From contig JAXHMP010000001.1 of assembly GCA_034521425.1 (NCBI GenBank), positions 1,737,737-1,801,736 of the forward strand: 64,000 nt of DNA, written 5' to 3'. The translations under genes and the position numbers were made by a program. Source of the stretch: Bacteroidota bacterium. GTDB taxonomy: Bacteria; Bacteroidota; Bacteroidia; Bacteroidales; JAIOZK01. Below are positions 1-8,079 of this stretch, in pieces; position 1 is the first letter of the stretch, and each line of letters opens with the position of its first letter. The notes under the pieces are model-generated. The model was not told the origin of the DNA and made no database searches. It worked only from the letters and a program-made list of their open reading frames with translations.

Positions 1-467
1 ATGATCCCCCGGGGAATTACCAGGTGATCACCGTAGCCGAAGTCGATATTCCCGTACATGGTCCTCAAAGTCCCTTCCCCTTCATGAACAAAGATCACTT
101 CGGTTGCCTGGGAATTCTTGAAAAAATAATCATCCATGGATCTGGTGGGAGCTGCAAGCTCAAGATACAGGTCATTGTTCACCAGTACCGGCACCCGGCT
201 TTTGATATAATCCGGATCGGGTTTGATATTGAAGCCCTGGAAACTCCTGTGCTGCAGGTTCTTCTCGATGGCAATCTCCGGAGTAACGGAATAACTTTCT
301 TCTATGTCAAGCACTTTGGTTGGCGGATATACGTGATAGGTCAGGGAGTACAGGTCTGAAAAGCCTTCCGTGGAAACCAGCTGCTCTGCATACAGGCCAC
401 CGTCGGGCTTGCGGAACTGTGTATGTCTTTTTGATGGGATCTTACCTAGTTTATGATAATGTGGCAT
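1..467 (-). CDS. hmgA: homogentisate 1,2-dioxygenase, N-terminal ~155 codons (gene continues past the window start)
   Basis: My own minus-strand translation from the ATG (rc of 465-467) gives MPHYHKLGKIPSKRHTQFRKPDGGLYAEQLVSTEGFSDLYSLTYHVYPPTKVLDIEE...GDHLVIPRGI. It is open to the window edge and the N-terminus is typical of Bacteroidota HmgA. It is absent from the ORF track because the stop lies outside the window. ORF 24..359(+) is its antisense shadow. Confidence 0.85.
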   Translation of the reverse strand, partial: MPHYHKLGKIPSKRHTQFRKPDGGLYAEQLVSTEGFSDLYSLTYHVYPPTKVLDIEESYSVTPEIAIEKNLQHRSFQGFNIKPDPDYIKSRVPVLVNNDLYLELAAPTRSMDDYFFKNSQATEVIFVHEGEGTLRTMYGNIDFGYGDHLVIPRGI

Positions 468-1017
468 AACTGAATATTGTTGGTTTAATCATTAGTCACC
501 GGAATAATAAAGCAATTTGTGTGCCTCAAATAACAATTACTTTCAGAGCAAAAGCATTTTTTCCATCTGCATTCCAAAAGTTCTACAAATATACAAAGAA
601 ATTGTCTATTTAGACCGAATCTAAATCACAAGCCTTCTATCCGGATATACAATTGTTTACTCCTGCTCAACTGAAGGTGTATACTTGCAGTTGCCTGGCA
701 GCCCCGACTGCAAATTAATTTCAGCACTTTGTTGCATGAGATGGTTCAGGGCCTGCAGGTTTTACTATATTTATGCTGTAATTATTAGCGCTTCCCGGCA
801 ATGCGAAAACTTAACTGCCTGAAGAACTAAAAATGTCGACCGGCCTGCTGAACCTTTCGGGTAAACCCAAAAAGAAACTCCGGAATTACATCGAAGAAAG
901 AAAAAAAATTCCCGTCAACCACCTGGAATTCGCCACAGATAATATCAAAGAAATGACCAGCATCAAAATTGAAAAGATCCTGAAAGCCATCCTGAGGGGG
1001 AGCCATTAACTTAATAA

Positions 1018-1335
1018 TTTTTCAAATCAAGCGATCCTGCAAAAACCCGGGAATGGTATTACAAAAATCTCGGACTGGCAGAGAACGATTACGGCTCCAT
1101 GTTTGAATTCATGGAAGGCCGGGATCCGGATAAGATAGCCTATCTCCAATGGAGTCCTTTCGCTGAATCAACAACATATTTTGAACCATCTGATAAAGAT
1201 TTCATTTTAAAGGCTTCGGGTTTTGTGAAAGGGGAGTATATTGGCTTCCAGTTCGGCGGCGTTCAGCCTGCTTTTTCTTTATCTTTAAAACACAATATTC
1301 AATCATTTGAACCGATTTATAATCATGAAAAATAA
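1018..1335 (+). pseudogene. VOC (glyoxalase/bleomycin-resistance/dioxygenase fold)-like gene fragment
   Basis: The frame is open from 1018: FFKSSDPAKTREWYYKNLGLAENDYGSMFEFMEGRDPDKIAYLQWSPFAESTTYFEPSDKDF. This resembles the N-terminal half of small VOC-family proteins. There is an in-frame TAA at 1015-1017 and no usable start ahead of the motif. The C-terminal half of the fold is not recognisable, and the 3' end overlaps the OYE gene. Confidence 0.35.
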
Positions 1336-2455
1336 AAAGCTGTTCGAAGCCTTTTCACTTGGTGGCCTGGATTTACAAAACAGGCTGGTCATGGCACCCC
1401 TCACCCGGCAAAGATCCTCAAAAGGCAATGTCCCTAACAGGCTGATGGCCGAATATTATAAGCAAAGGTCGTCTGCGGGGCTTATCATCACCGAGGGAGC
1501 ACAGATATCCTGGCAGGGATACGGCTATTATGATGCACCAGGCATCCACACTGAGCAGCAGCTAAAAGGATGGAAAAATGTCACGAAAGAAGTTCACAGG
1601 AAAAACGGGAGAATATTCCTGCAGCTCTGGCATGTTGGTCGTCACAGCCACCCATACTACCAGGAGGACGGGAAGCTGCCTGTTGCTCCCTCAGCCATAA
1701 AAGAAAACGGTCACATCCGGGTTCCGGAAGGAAAACTGGATACCATAACACCCCACGCACTGGAAAGAACGGAAATCGCATCCATTGTTGAAGACTACCA
1801 TCAGGCAACATTAAACGCCAGGGAAGCAGGCTTTGATGGTGTGGAAATCCATGCTGCCAACGGTTACCTCATCGACCAGTTCCTGCACGATGGAAGCAAT
1901 CAGCGCGAGGATGAATACGGTGGCTCCATAGCCAACCGCCTGCGATTCATGAAAGAAGTCCTTGAAAGTGTATGCGATGCCTGGGAACCGGCAAGAGTTG
2001 GAATACGGCTATCACCCAGCGGACAGCACGGGGATATGCATGATAAAAACCCCAGGGAGCTCTTCACGCAGGCTATAAAGGAACTGAACCAGTACAGGCT
2101 CGCATATTTGCATCTTGTTGAACCGCTCAACGATGTCAGCAAGCTTGAAAATTATGTAAAGGAGGTCGCAAAATATTACAGGGAATTTTACGAAGGTACG
2201 CTGATTTCCTGTGGAGGGTATACCCCCCGCTCAGCCGAACAAGCCCTTCAGGAAGGCATTGCCAACCTGATCGCCTTCGGCCGCCTGTTCATTGCCAATC
2301 CCGACCTTCCTGAGCGGATCCGCCGGGATGCCGGATTGAATGACTGGGATACCGAAACTTTTTACGGAGGAGATGCAAAAGGTTATACGGATTATCCTTT
2401 TCTGAAAAAAGAGGGAGGAGAAAACCTGAACATCAGGTATTGCTGCAAGACCTGA
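1325..2455 (+). CDS. NADH:flavin oxidoreductase, Old Yellow Enzyme / NemA family
   Basis: The ORF carries LVMAPLTR, HVGR and GVEIHAANGYLIDQFL motifs of the OYE family. I prefer the ATG at 1325 over the TTG at 1307 used by the track. Confidence 0.85.
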   Translation: MKNKKLFEAFSLGGLDLQNRLVMAPLTRQRSSKGNVPNRLMAEYYKQRSSAGLIITEGAQISWQGYGYYDAPGIHTEQQLKGWKNVTKEVHRKNGRIFLQLWHVGRHSHPYYQEDGKLPVAPSAIKENGHIRVPEGKLDTITPHALERTEIASIVEDYHQATLNAREAGFDGVEIHAANGYLIDQFLHDGSNQREDEYGGSIANRLRFMKEVLESVCDAWEPARVGIRLSPSGQHGDMHDKNPRELFTQAIKELNQYRLAYLHLVEPLNDVSKLENYVKEVAKYYREFYEGTLISCGGYTPRSAEQALQEGIANLIAFGRLFIANPDLPERIRRDAGLNDWDTETFYGGDAKGYTDYPFLKKEGGENLNIRYCCKT

Positions 2456-2500
2456 TAATTAATCAGAGTCTGTTAATATAGTTACTTGCCTGGAACAAAA

Positions 2501-3487
2501 TTATTCAATTCCGCTGAAATATTTCATGAATTGCACTCTTTCGTAAGCAGCGGGGTTCTCAGCCTTCCTGATGTTCATCTTTCCGATAAAATCATCCAGT
2601 TTCTGAAAGCTGTGCTTTGCCATCCATTCCTTCAGGCGCTCATTCATTTTGCTGATCTCGTCAAAACCGTTCTTGTAAAGGGTTGAACTAACCTGCACGG
2701 CTTTGGCACCGGCCAGCAGCTGTTTGATGACACCTTCTCCGTTGTGCACCCCGGTTGATGCAGCAATATCGCAATGCAGACGGTCAGAAAGCATGGCCAC
2801 CCAGCGCAGGGATGTTGTCAGTTCATCGGGTGTGCTGAACACATTGCTGGGTTTTACTTCAAAACTGTTGATGTCGATATCGGGAGAGAAAAAACGGTTA
2901 AACAATACCATACCGGAAATACCGGTCCAGGAGAGCTTCAACGCCATTTTGGCCAATCCTGAAAAATAATAGCTGATTTTTACCGCAACCGGCATATTAA
3001 CAACTTTGAGGATCTTTTCGACGATTTCGAAATAGATCTTTTCATTTTCGGTCCCGTCGCGTCGGGGATCGGAAGGCAGGATAAAAATATTCAGCTCCAG
3101 TCCGTCAGCACCGGCTTCTTCAATTTTCTTTGCAAAACTGATCCACTCCGAGGAGCTGATACAGTTTACACTTGCGATCACGGGAATATCAACGGCTGCC
3201 TTGGCATCCCTGATCAGTTTGAGGTAACTGTCAACATCTTTGTCCCGGGTATAGTTCATGATATAATCCTGGGCTTCGGGATAAGCATTGCTCACTTCAT
3301 CTTCCTTGTAAGTCCGGTCGGCCTGGTGCAGGATCTGCTCTTCAAAAAGGGATTTCAGCACAACAGCACCGGCGCCTTTTTCAGCCAGTTCTTTGATGTT
3401 TTCGAGGGAATTTGTCATTCCTGAGCTACCTGCAATGACAGGACTTTGCAGTTTCAAGCCCATGTAAGATGCTGTAATGTCGACCAT
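2501..3487 (-). CDS. dihydroorotate dehydrogenase-like protein (class-1 PyrD/PreA-like TIM barrel, orphan)
   Basis: MVDITASYMGLKLQSPVIAGSSGMT...ELNIFILPSD shows class-1 DHOD-like architecture with a C-terminal extension. The ATG at 3487 is preferred over the TTG at 3514. This gene is distinct from the canonical pyrK-pyrD pair at 36.8-38.6 kb. Confidence 0.7.
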   Translation of the reverse strand: MVDITASYMGLKLQSPVIAGSSGMTNSLENIKELAEKGAGAVVLKSLFEEQILHQADRTYKEDEVSNAYPEAQDYIMNYTRDKDVDSYLKLIRDAKAAVDIPVIASVNCISSSEWISFAKKIEEAGADGLELNIFILPSDPRRDGTENEKIYFEIVEKILKVVNMPVAVKISYYFSGLAKMALKLSWTGISGMVLFNRFFSPDIDINSFEVKPSNVFSTPDELTTSLRWVAMLSDRLHCDIAASTGVHNGEGVIKQLLAGAKAVQVSSTLYKNGFDEISKMNERLKEWMAKHSFQKLDDFIGKMNIRKAENPAAYERVQFMKYFSGIE

Positions 3488-3530
3488 TATTTTAATTTTT
3501 ATTGATATTTGCAATCATATTTAATAAAGG

Positions 3531-3538
3531 CAAATTTA
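3531..3538 (-). promoter_or_regulatory. candidate Bacteroidota -7 box (TAAATTTG) for the DHOD-like gene
   Basis: The reverse complement of caaattta matches TAnnTTTG and lies ~44 nt upstream of the ATG at 3487. Confidence 0.3.
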
Positions 3539-3673
3539 AGGATTTATTTTTGAAGGCATAGCCGCTCCAGGCCGAATTTATAAGCAGTTTAAATTATACT
3601 TAATGCATTACATATTAACAGGCTTATGTTTGCAAAATAAACGATCGCAAAGGGACTTCCCCGGGAATGCATA

Positions 3674-3681
3674 TAATTTTG
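3674..3681 (+). promoter_or_regulatory. candidate -7 box (TAATTTTG) for the OmpA-family gene
   Basis: This is an exact TAnnTTTG match, 36-75 nt upstream of the two candidate ATGs (3717, 3756). Confidence 0.35.
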
Positions 3682-3755
3682 CAATAATTGAACTGTTAAA
3701 AGAATTATAAGCTGGTATGAATCAATTTGCCGAATCTTCCAAGAACTTAACCAAG

Positions 3756-6002
3756 ATGATAAAAAAAATTTCTCTTTCAATCCTGATGCTGAGTCTGATC
3801 CCGTTGCTGCTGCCGGGACAATCCAAAATGCTGGAAAAAGCAATCGCTGCAGAGAACAAGAATGACCTTATGTCGGCAATTGCTTATTACAAAGAGGCCA
3901 TTGCCGTTGAGCCGGCTGACTCAGTCAAAAGACAGCTCTCTTACAGGATAGCCCTGAATTACCTCGACATGCAACAATACCAGACTTCCTTTCCCTGGTT
4001 TGAAGATGCTGTCGGCAAGCAAGCTTCCGATCCGGGGATCTATCTTCATTATGGTGATGCCCTGGCCCGGGCCGGCAGGCTTAATAAAGCGCTGCATATT
4101 TATGAAAAGGCAGCGGAACTTAAGGGATATGGACAGGAGGTAACGACAAGGATCCGCTCCGCTGAGCTGGCCCTGAAGGTGATGGATATGCCTGATGGAT
4201 TTAATATTCAGCGGGATGAAATACTGAACAGTGAATTCCGGGATTTTGCCCCGGCATGGTTCGAAGGCCAGCTCGTATTTTCCTCCAGCAGGATCAGCAA
4301 GAAAAGGGAAAGGATCGATGCTACCACAGGGCAACCCTATGCTGATCTTTATATTGCCAGCTTCAATGAAAGCAATGCTGATTGGGGATTGCCCGTTGAA
4401 ATGAAAAAGCCATTCCGGATAAGGTATAATAAACCCGCTTTTGCCTACAACCCGGTGACGGAAGAAGCCTATTGCATGCAATACGATAAGTATTCCCGCA
4501 AGGGCAATATTCTGAAAGCCCGTTATTATAAGGCCAATAACAAATGGTTGCGTTTTCAGAAACTGGATTTCAATGCAGCCGCTTATTCGGTTGGATACCC
4601 AGCGCTTTCAGCCAACGGGCAACTGATGTATTTTGCCTCTGATATGAGCGGGGGATCTGGTGGTTTTGACATCTGGAAGGCTTATAAAAAAATTGACGGA
4701 AGCTGGGGTTTGCCCATCAATGCCGGAGAAAACATTAACAGCAGCGGAGACGAGATCTATCCCTTCCTGCTGGCCGACAGCATTTTATTTTTTGCCAGTG
4801 ATGGCCGTGAAGGACTGGGTGCCCTGGATATCTTTTATTCCATCCAGAAGGAGTTTGAATTTACCGAAGCCGTCAACCTGGGGCATCCTTTTAACAGCGC
4901 GGCCAATGATTATGCCATGATCATCAACAAAGACCTGGATGGCGGATTGTTCTGTACCAACCGGGAAAATGAATACAGTGATGATATTTATACTTTCGAG
5001 CACTTTCCCTTGATGGAAAATTTGTCGGGTACCGTTTGGGACATGGTTACCAAAACCCCGCTCGAAAAGGCAAATGTTACAATAATAAGGCAGGATGAGG
5101 AGATCAATCTGCAAACGGATGAAAAAGGAAAATTTGAATACTTCGGACTGATCCCTGATGCCTCTTACGAGATAAGGGTAAGTAAGGAGAATTATTATCC
5201 CGAAAGCAAACAACTGTTGATTGACCAGCTTGTTCAGCGGGACGTCAGCAACAATGTACAGCTTGTCTTCAAACTCAGCAAACTGGAATACCCCCTGGCA
5301 ATTAAAGGGCGTGTCCTCGACCGGGCCGACAAGTTGCCCATGCGTGGGATCCTTGTTGAGATCCGCGGCCCTGGCGATTACCAGACACTGGCATATACGG
5401 ATGAGGCCGGGTACTATTCGTTTTCCGATCTGAAACCCGGAAAATCATATAACCTGAAGGTCAGCAAGGAAGGCTACTTCTCCGAATCCAGGGATATCGA
5501 ACTGCCCGATGCGAAAGAGCCCATGAGCCTTTCCAGCGCAAATGGTTATGACACCGACTTCCTGATGACCAGGATCGAAAAGAAAAAGGAGATCGCCCTC
5601 AACGAAATTTATTACGATTTCGACAAAGCCAGCCTGCGGCCTGAATCCCTGAAAGAACTGAATAAACTGGCCTCCATGTTAAAGGAAACCCCCGAAGTGG
5701 TGATACAGATCAGCAGCCATACCGATACACAGGGAGCCGAATGGTATAACCAGCAGTTGTCGGAAAAAAGAGCGCAAACTGTTGTGAATGCACTGATCGA
5801 AAGAGGTATCAGCAAGGACCGGCTGATCGCAAAAGGCTACGGCGAAAGCAGGCCGCTGATCCCGGGTGCCAGCAATGAGGCGGAACACCAGCAAAACAGA
5901 CGGACCACCTTCAAGGTACTGGAAGTAAAATCTTCCCGGATGAAAAAGCGGAAGAAGACAAGGAAGCAAAGCACGATGATCTCAGCTACAGGATCCAGCT
6001 GA
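3756..6002 (+). CDS. large OmpA-family outer-membrane/peptidoglycan-associated protein (TPR + TolB-like beta-propeller + carboxypeptidase-regulatory-like repeats + OmpA_C)
   Basis: A signal peptide (MIKKISLSILMLSLIPLLL) is followed by TPR-like repeats, then WD40-like-beta repeats (GDEIYPFL.., FASD.. GLGALDIF) and two CarbopepD_reg-like segments. The OmpA_C domain is present (IYYDFDKASLRPES...HTDTQG...NQQLSEKRAQ...NRRTTFKVL). An alternative start is the ATG at 3717. The last ~24 codons (SSRMKKRKKTRKQ..) look out of frame; see the SPOR finding. Confidence 0.85.
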   Translation: MIKKISLSILMLSLIPLLLPGQSKMLEKAIAAENKNDLMSAIAYYKEAIAVEPADSVKRQLSYRIALNYLDMQQYQTSFPWFEDAVGKQASDPGIYLHYGDALARAGRLNKALHIYEKAAELKGYGQEVTTRIRSAELALKVMDMPDGFNIQRDEILNSEFRDFAPAWFEGQLVFSSSRISKKRERIDATTGQPYADLYIASFNESNADWGLPVEMKKPFRIRYNKPAFAYNPVTEEAYCMQYDKYSRKGNILKARYYKANNKWLRFQKLDFNAAAYSVGYPALSANGQLMYFASDMSGGSGGFDIWKAYKKIDGSWGLPINAGENINSSGDEIYPFLLADSILFFASDGREGLGALDIFYSIQKEFEFTEAVNLGHPFNSAANDYAMIINKDLDGGLFCTNRENEYSDDIYTFEHFPLMENLSGTVWDMVTKTPLEKANVTIIRQDEEINLQTDEKGKFEYFGLIPDASYEIRVSKENYYPESKQLLIDQLVQRDVSNNVQLVFKLSKLEYPLAIKGRVLDRADKLPMRGILVEIRGPGDYQTLAYTDEAGYYSFSDLKPGKSYNLKVSKEGYFSESRDIELPDAKEPMSLSSANGYDTDFLMTRIEKKKEIALNEIYYDFDKASLRPESLKELNKLASMLKETPEVVIQISSHTDTQGAEWYNQQLSEKRAQTVVNALIERGISKDRLIAKGYGESRPLIPGASNEAEHQQNRRTTFKVLEVKSSRMKKRKKTRKQSTMISATGSS

Positions 6003-6262
6003 TGACCACAAAACAACCCATTCCGGGACACCACCTATTTAATGAGATCCTGGTCAACATCCCCGAAACAGATGTTTTTGTCAGCAAGGAGGAAGGCATG
6101 TACAAGTATGAGATCGGCAGCAGGAACAGTCTGGAAAAGGCCGGCAGGCTTAAGAACAGACTGGCTGAGATTGGCTACAAAGATTGCTTTACCAATGCCT
6201 ACTACAAAGGAGAAAAAATATCGATCCAGCGGGCCAGGGAGATTGAAAACCAGAGAAAATAA
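6002..6262 (+). CDS. SPOR-domain segment, probably the frameshifted C-terminus of the preceding OmpA-family protein
   Basis: The same frame is open from 5879 and reads ..KIFPDEKAEEDKEAKHDDLSYRIQLMTTKQPIP... The first SPOR strand (YRIQL) lies upstream of the only ATG. No start codon exists between 5879 and 6002. Confidence 0.6.
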   Translation: MTTKQPIPGHHLFNEILVNIPETDVFVSKEEGMYKYEIGSRNSLEKAGRLKNRLAEIGYKDCFTNAYYKGEKISIQRAREIENQRK

Positions 6263-6264
6263 AC

Positions 6265-7885
6265 TTATTTTTTTTCGATCAGGCGGTTGTATTTCTTCTC
6301 ATCCTGCAATATCTCAAGGGCTTTCTGGTATTCATCATCAATATCCACAATGATCTCATAGAATGAACTCACATCCCACAGGTTTCTTGCCATCAGTGCC
6401 TTCAGCCGGTATTCGATGAGTTCCCTGGATTCCTCATATTCCTGCTCATTGTATTCCACCTCCCTTTTTGTTCCAAGGGTTGTAAGATCTTCCAGGGTTT
6501 TATCATCCAGCTCGAACTTATCCCTGAAATCAGAAAAGTCAGGATATTTCTTCAGAATTCTCTGCCTGTTCTTATCGAGGTAGTTCAGAATAAATTCATT
6601 GAACACCCCTTTTCTCACCAGGTCGGTGAAATAATCCGTCACACGGGTTGAATCCCAGGGTGTAAAAATATCGGGCATGATACCACCACCGCCATAAACC
6701 GTCCTTCCCCTGGGGGTTACATATTTGAGGGAGTCGGGGAATTTGATGCTGTCGGCATGCACCAGTTCACCATGCTCAAGTCTTTTGATCAGGTCCATGT
6801 AATATTCTTCCTTACCTTCGTTGTAAGGGCGCTGGATACATCTGCCAGTTGGGAGTATAATATTTGGCTGTTGTCAGGCGCATGAAGGAAGAATCCGGGA
6901 GGCGGAAAGGCTGCTGTACCAGGCCTTTTCCAAATGACCTTCTTCCCAGGATCACACCACGGTCCCAGTCCTGCACAGCACCTGAAACAATTTCGCTGGC
7001 GGAAGCCGATCCTTCGTTGATCATCACCACCATTTCACCATCCTGGAAGAGTCCTTCCTCAGTGGCAAAAAACTCCCTTGGATAACTCCGAAGGCCCTTC
7101 GTATAAACGATAAGCTTGTCATCATCCAGAAACATATCGGAGATCTCAATGGCCGGGAACATCAGTCCGCCGGGATTGCCCCGCAGATCCAGGATCAGCT
7201 TTTCCATGCCCTTCCCTTTCAGATCAATAATGGATTCAGCAATCTCATCACCAGTGGTTTTTGAAAAGCGGTTCAGTTTGATATAGCCGATCCCCGGAGC
7301 AGCTATAAAACTGGCATCCACACTGTTGAGGGGTATTTCATCCCGCACGATGGTAAAATCAATAAGTTTTTTCCTTGAAGGCCGGTAAATGGCAACATCC
7401 ACTTCCGTTCCCTTTTTCCCGCGCAAGCGGTCCATTACATACTGGTTGTTGATATCATCGCCGGTGGCATCCTCGCCCTCAATCTTTACGATCTTATCCC
7501 CGGCCATGATGCCCAGTTTGTCGGAAGGGCCTCCAGGTACCGGTGCGATCACCAGGATAGTATCCTTGTATATCTGGAAAGTAACCCCGATACCTTCAAA
7601 ACTGCCTTCGATGGGTTCATTGGCTTTTTGCAGGTTTTCCCTTGAAATATATGTTGAATGTGGATCCAGTTCTTTCAGCATCTCAATAATAGCATCTTCC
7701 ACAAGTTCAGGCTCATTAACGCTGTCAACATAATACATGCGGATATACTGCATGGCCGCAAGCATTTTTTTAAAGGTCTCGTTGGGATCATAATCCTTCT
7801 GGGCCATGGTGCCGGAGGGTGCAGCAAACAACAGTCCCAGCAACAGGATAAAAATCATTCCTGCTTTTTTTCTGAATATTTTCAT
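6265..7885 (-). pseudogene. S41 family C-terminal processing peptidase, split by a +1 frame disruption near 6849-6850
   Basis: Signal peptide MKIFRKKAGMIFILLLGLLF, a PDZ domain (GDKIVKIEGEDATG) and catalytic regions NEGSASASEI and GRRSFGKG are present. ORF 6812..7939 ends ..AKYYTPNWQMYPAPLQRR. The downstream frame reads TGRCIQRPYNEGKEEYYMDLIKRLEHGEL and continues as ORF 6265..6798. Confidence 0.85.
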
Positions 7886-8079
7886 ATCTTTTAATATAGA
7901 TTTCATCTTCAAAGTTATGACAATTGCCCGTAAAGGCATTGTTGAAGGCTACATTATATGTTAATTATTGTTAATAGCAGGTAAGCCCGAATAATTCATA
8001 AACTTAATAGGTGAAACTCTGAATTTTTCTGACGTACCAAAATGATACATCCTTCTTATAAGAATCGCTTTGCCGGCCG

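Noticed and set aside
24-359. 111-aa ORF on the plus strand at the window start
   Set aside because: It lies entirely antisense to a convincing homogentisate 1,2-dioxygenase N-terminus (minus strand, 467-1). It starts with GTG and shows no family resemblance, so it is a shadow ORF.
685-713. Hairpin TTGCAGT-N15-ACTGCAA in the hmgA upstream spacer
   Set aside because: It is isolated, with a short stem, a large loop, no U-tract, and no positional logic relative to a promoter or start.
3589-3843. 84-aa minus-strand ORF in the divergent promoter region / 5' end of the OmpA-family gene
   Set aside because: It overlaps the promoter boxes and the signal-peptide region of the OmpA-family gene and has no family resemblance.
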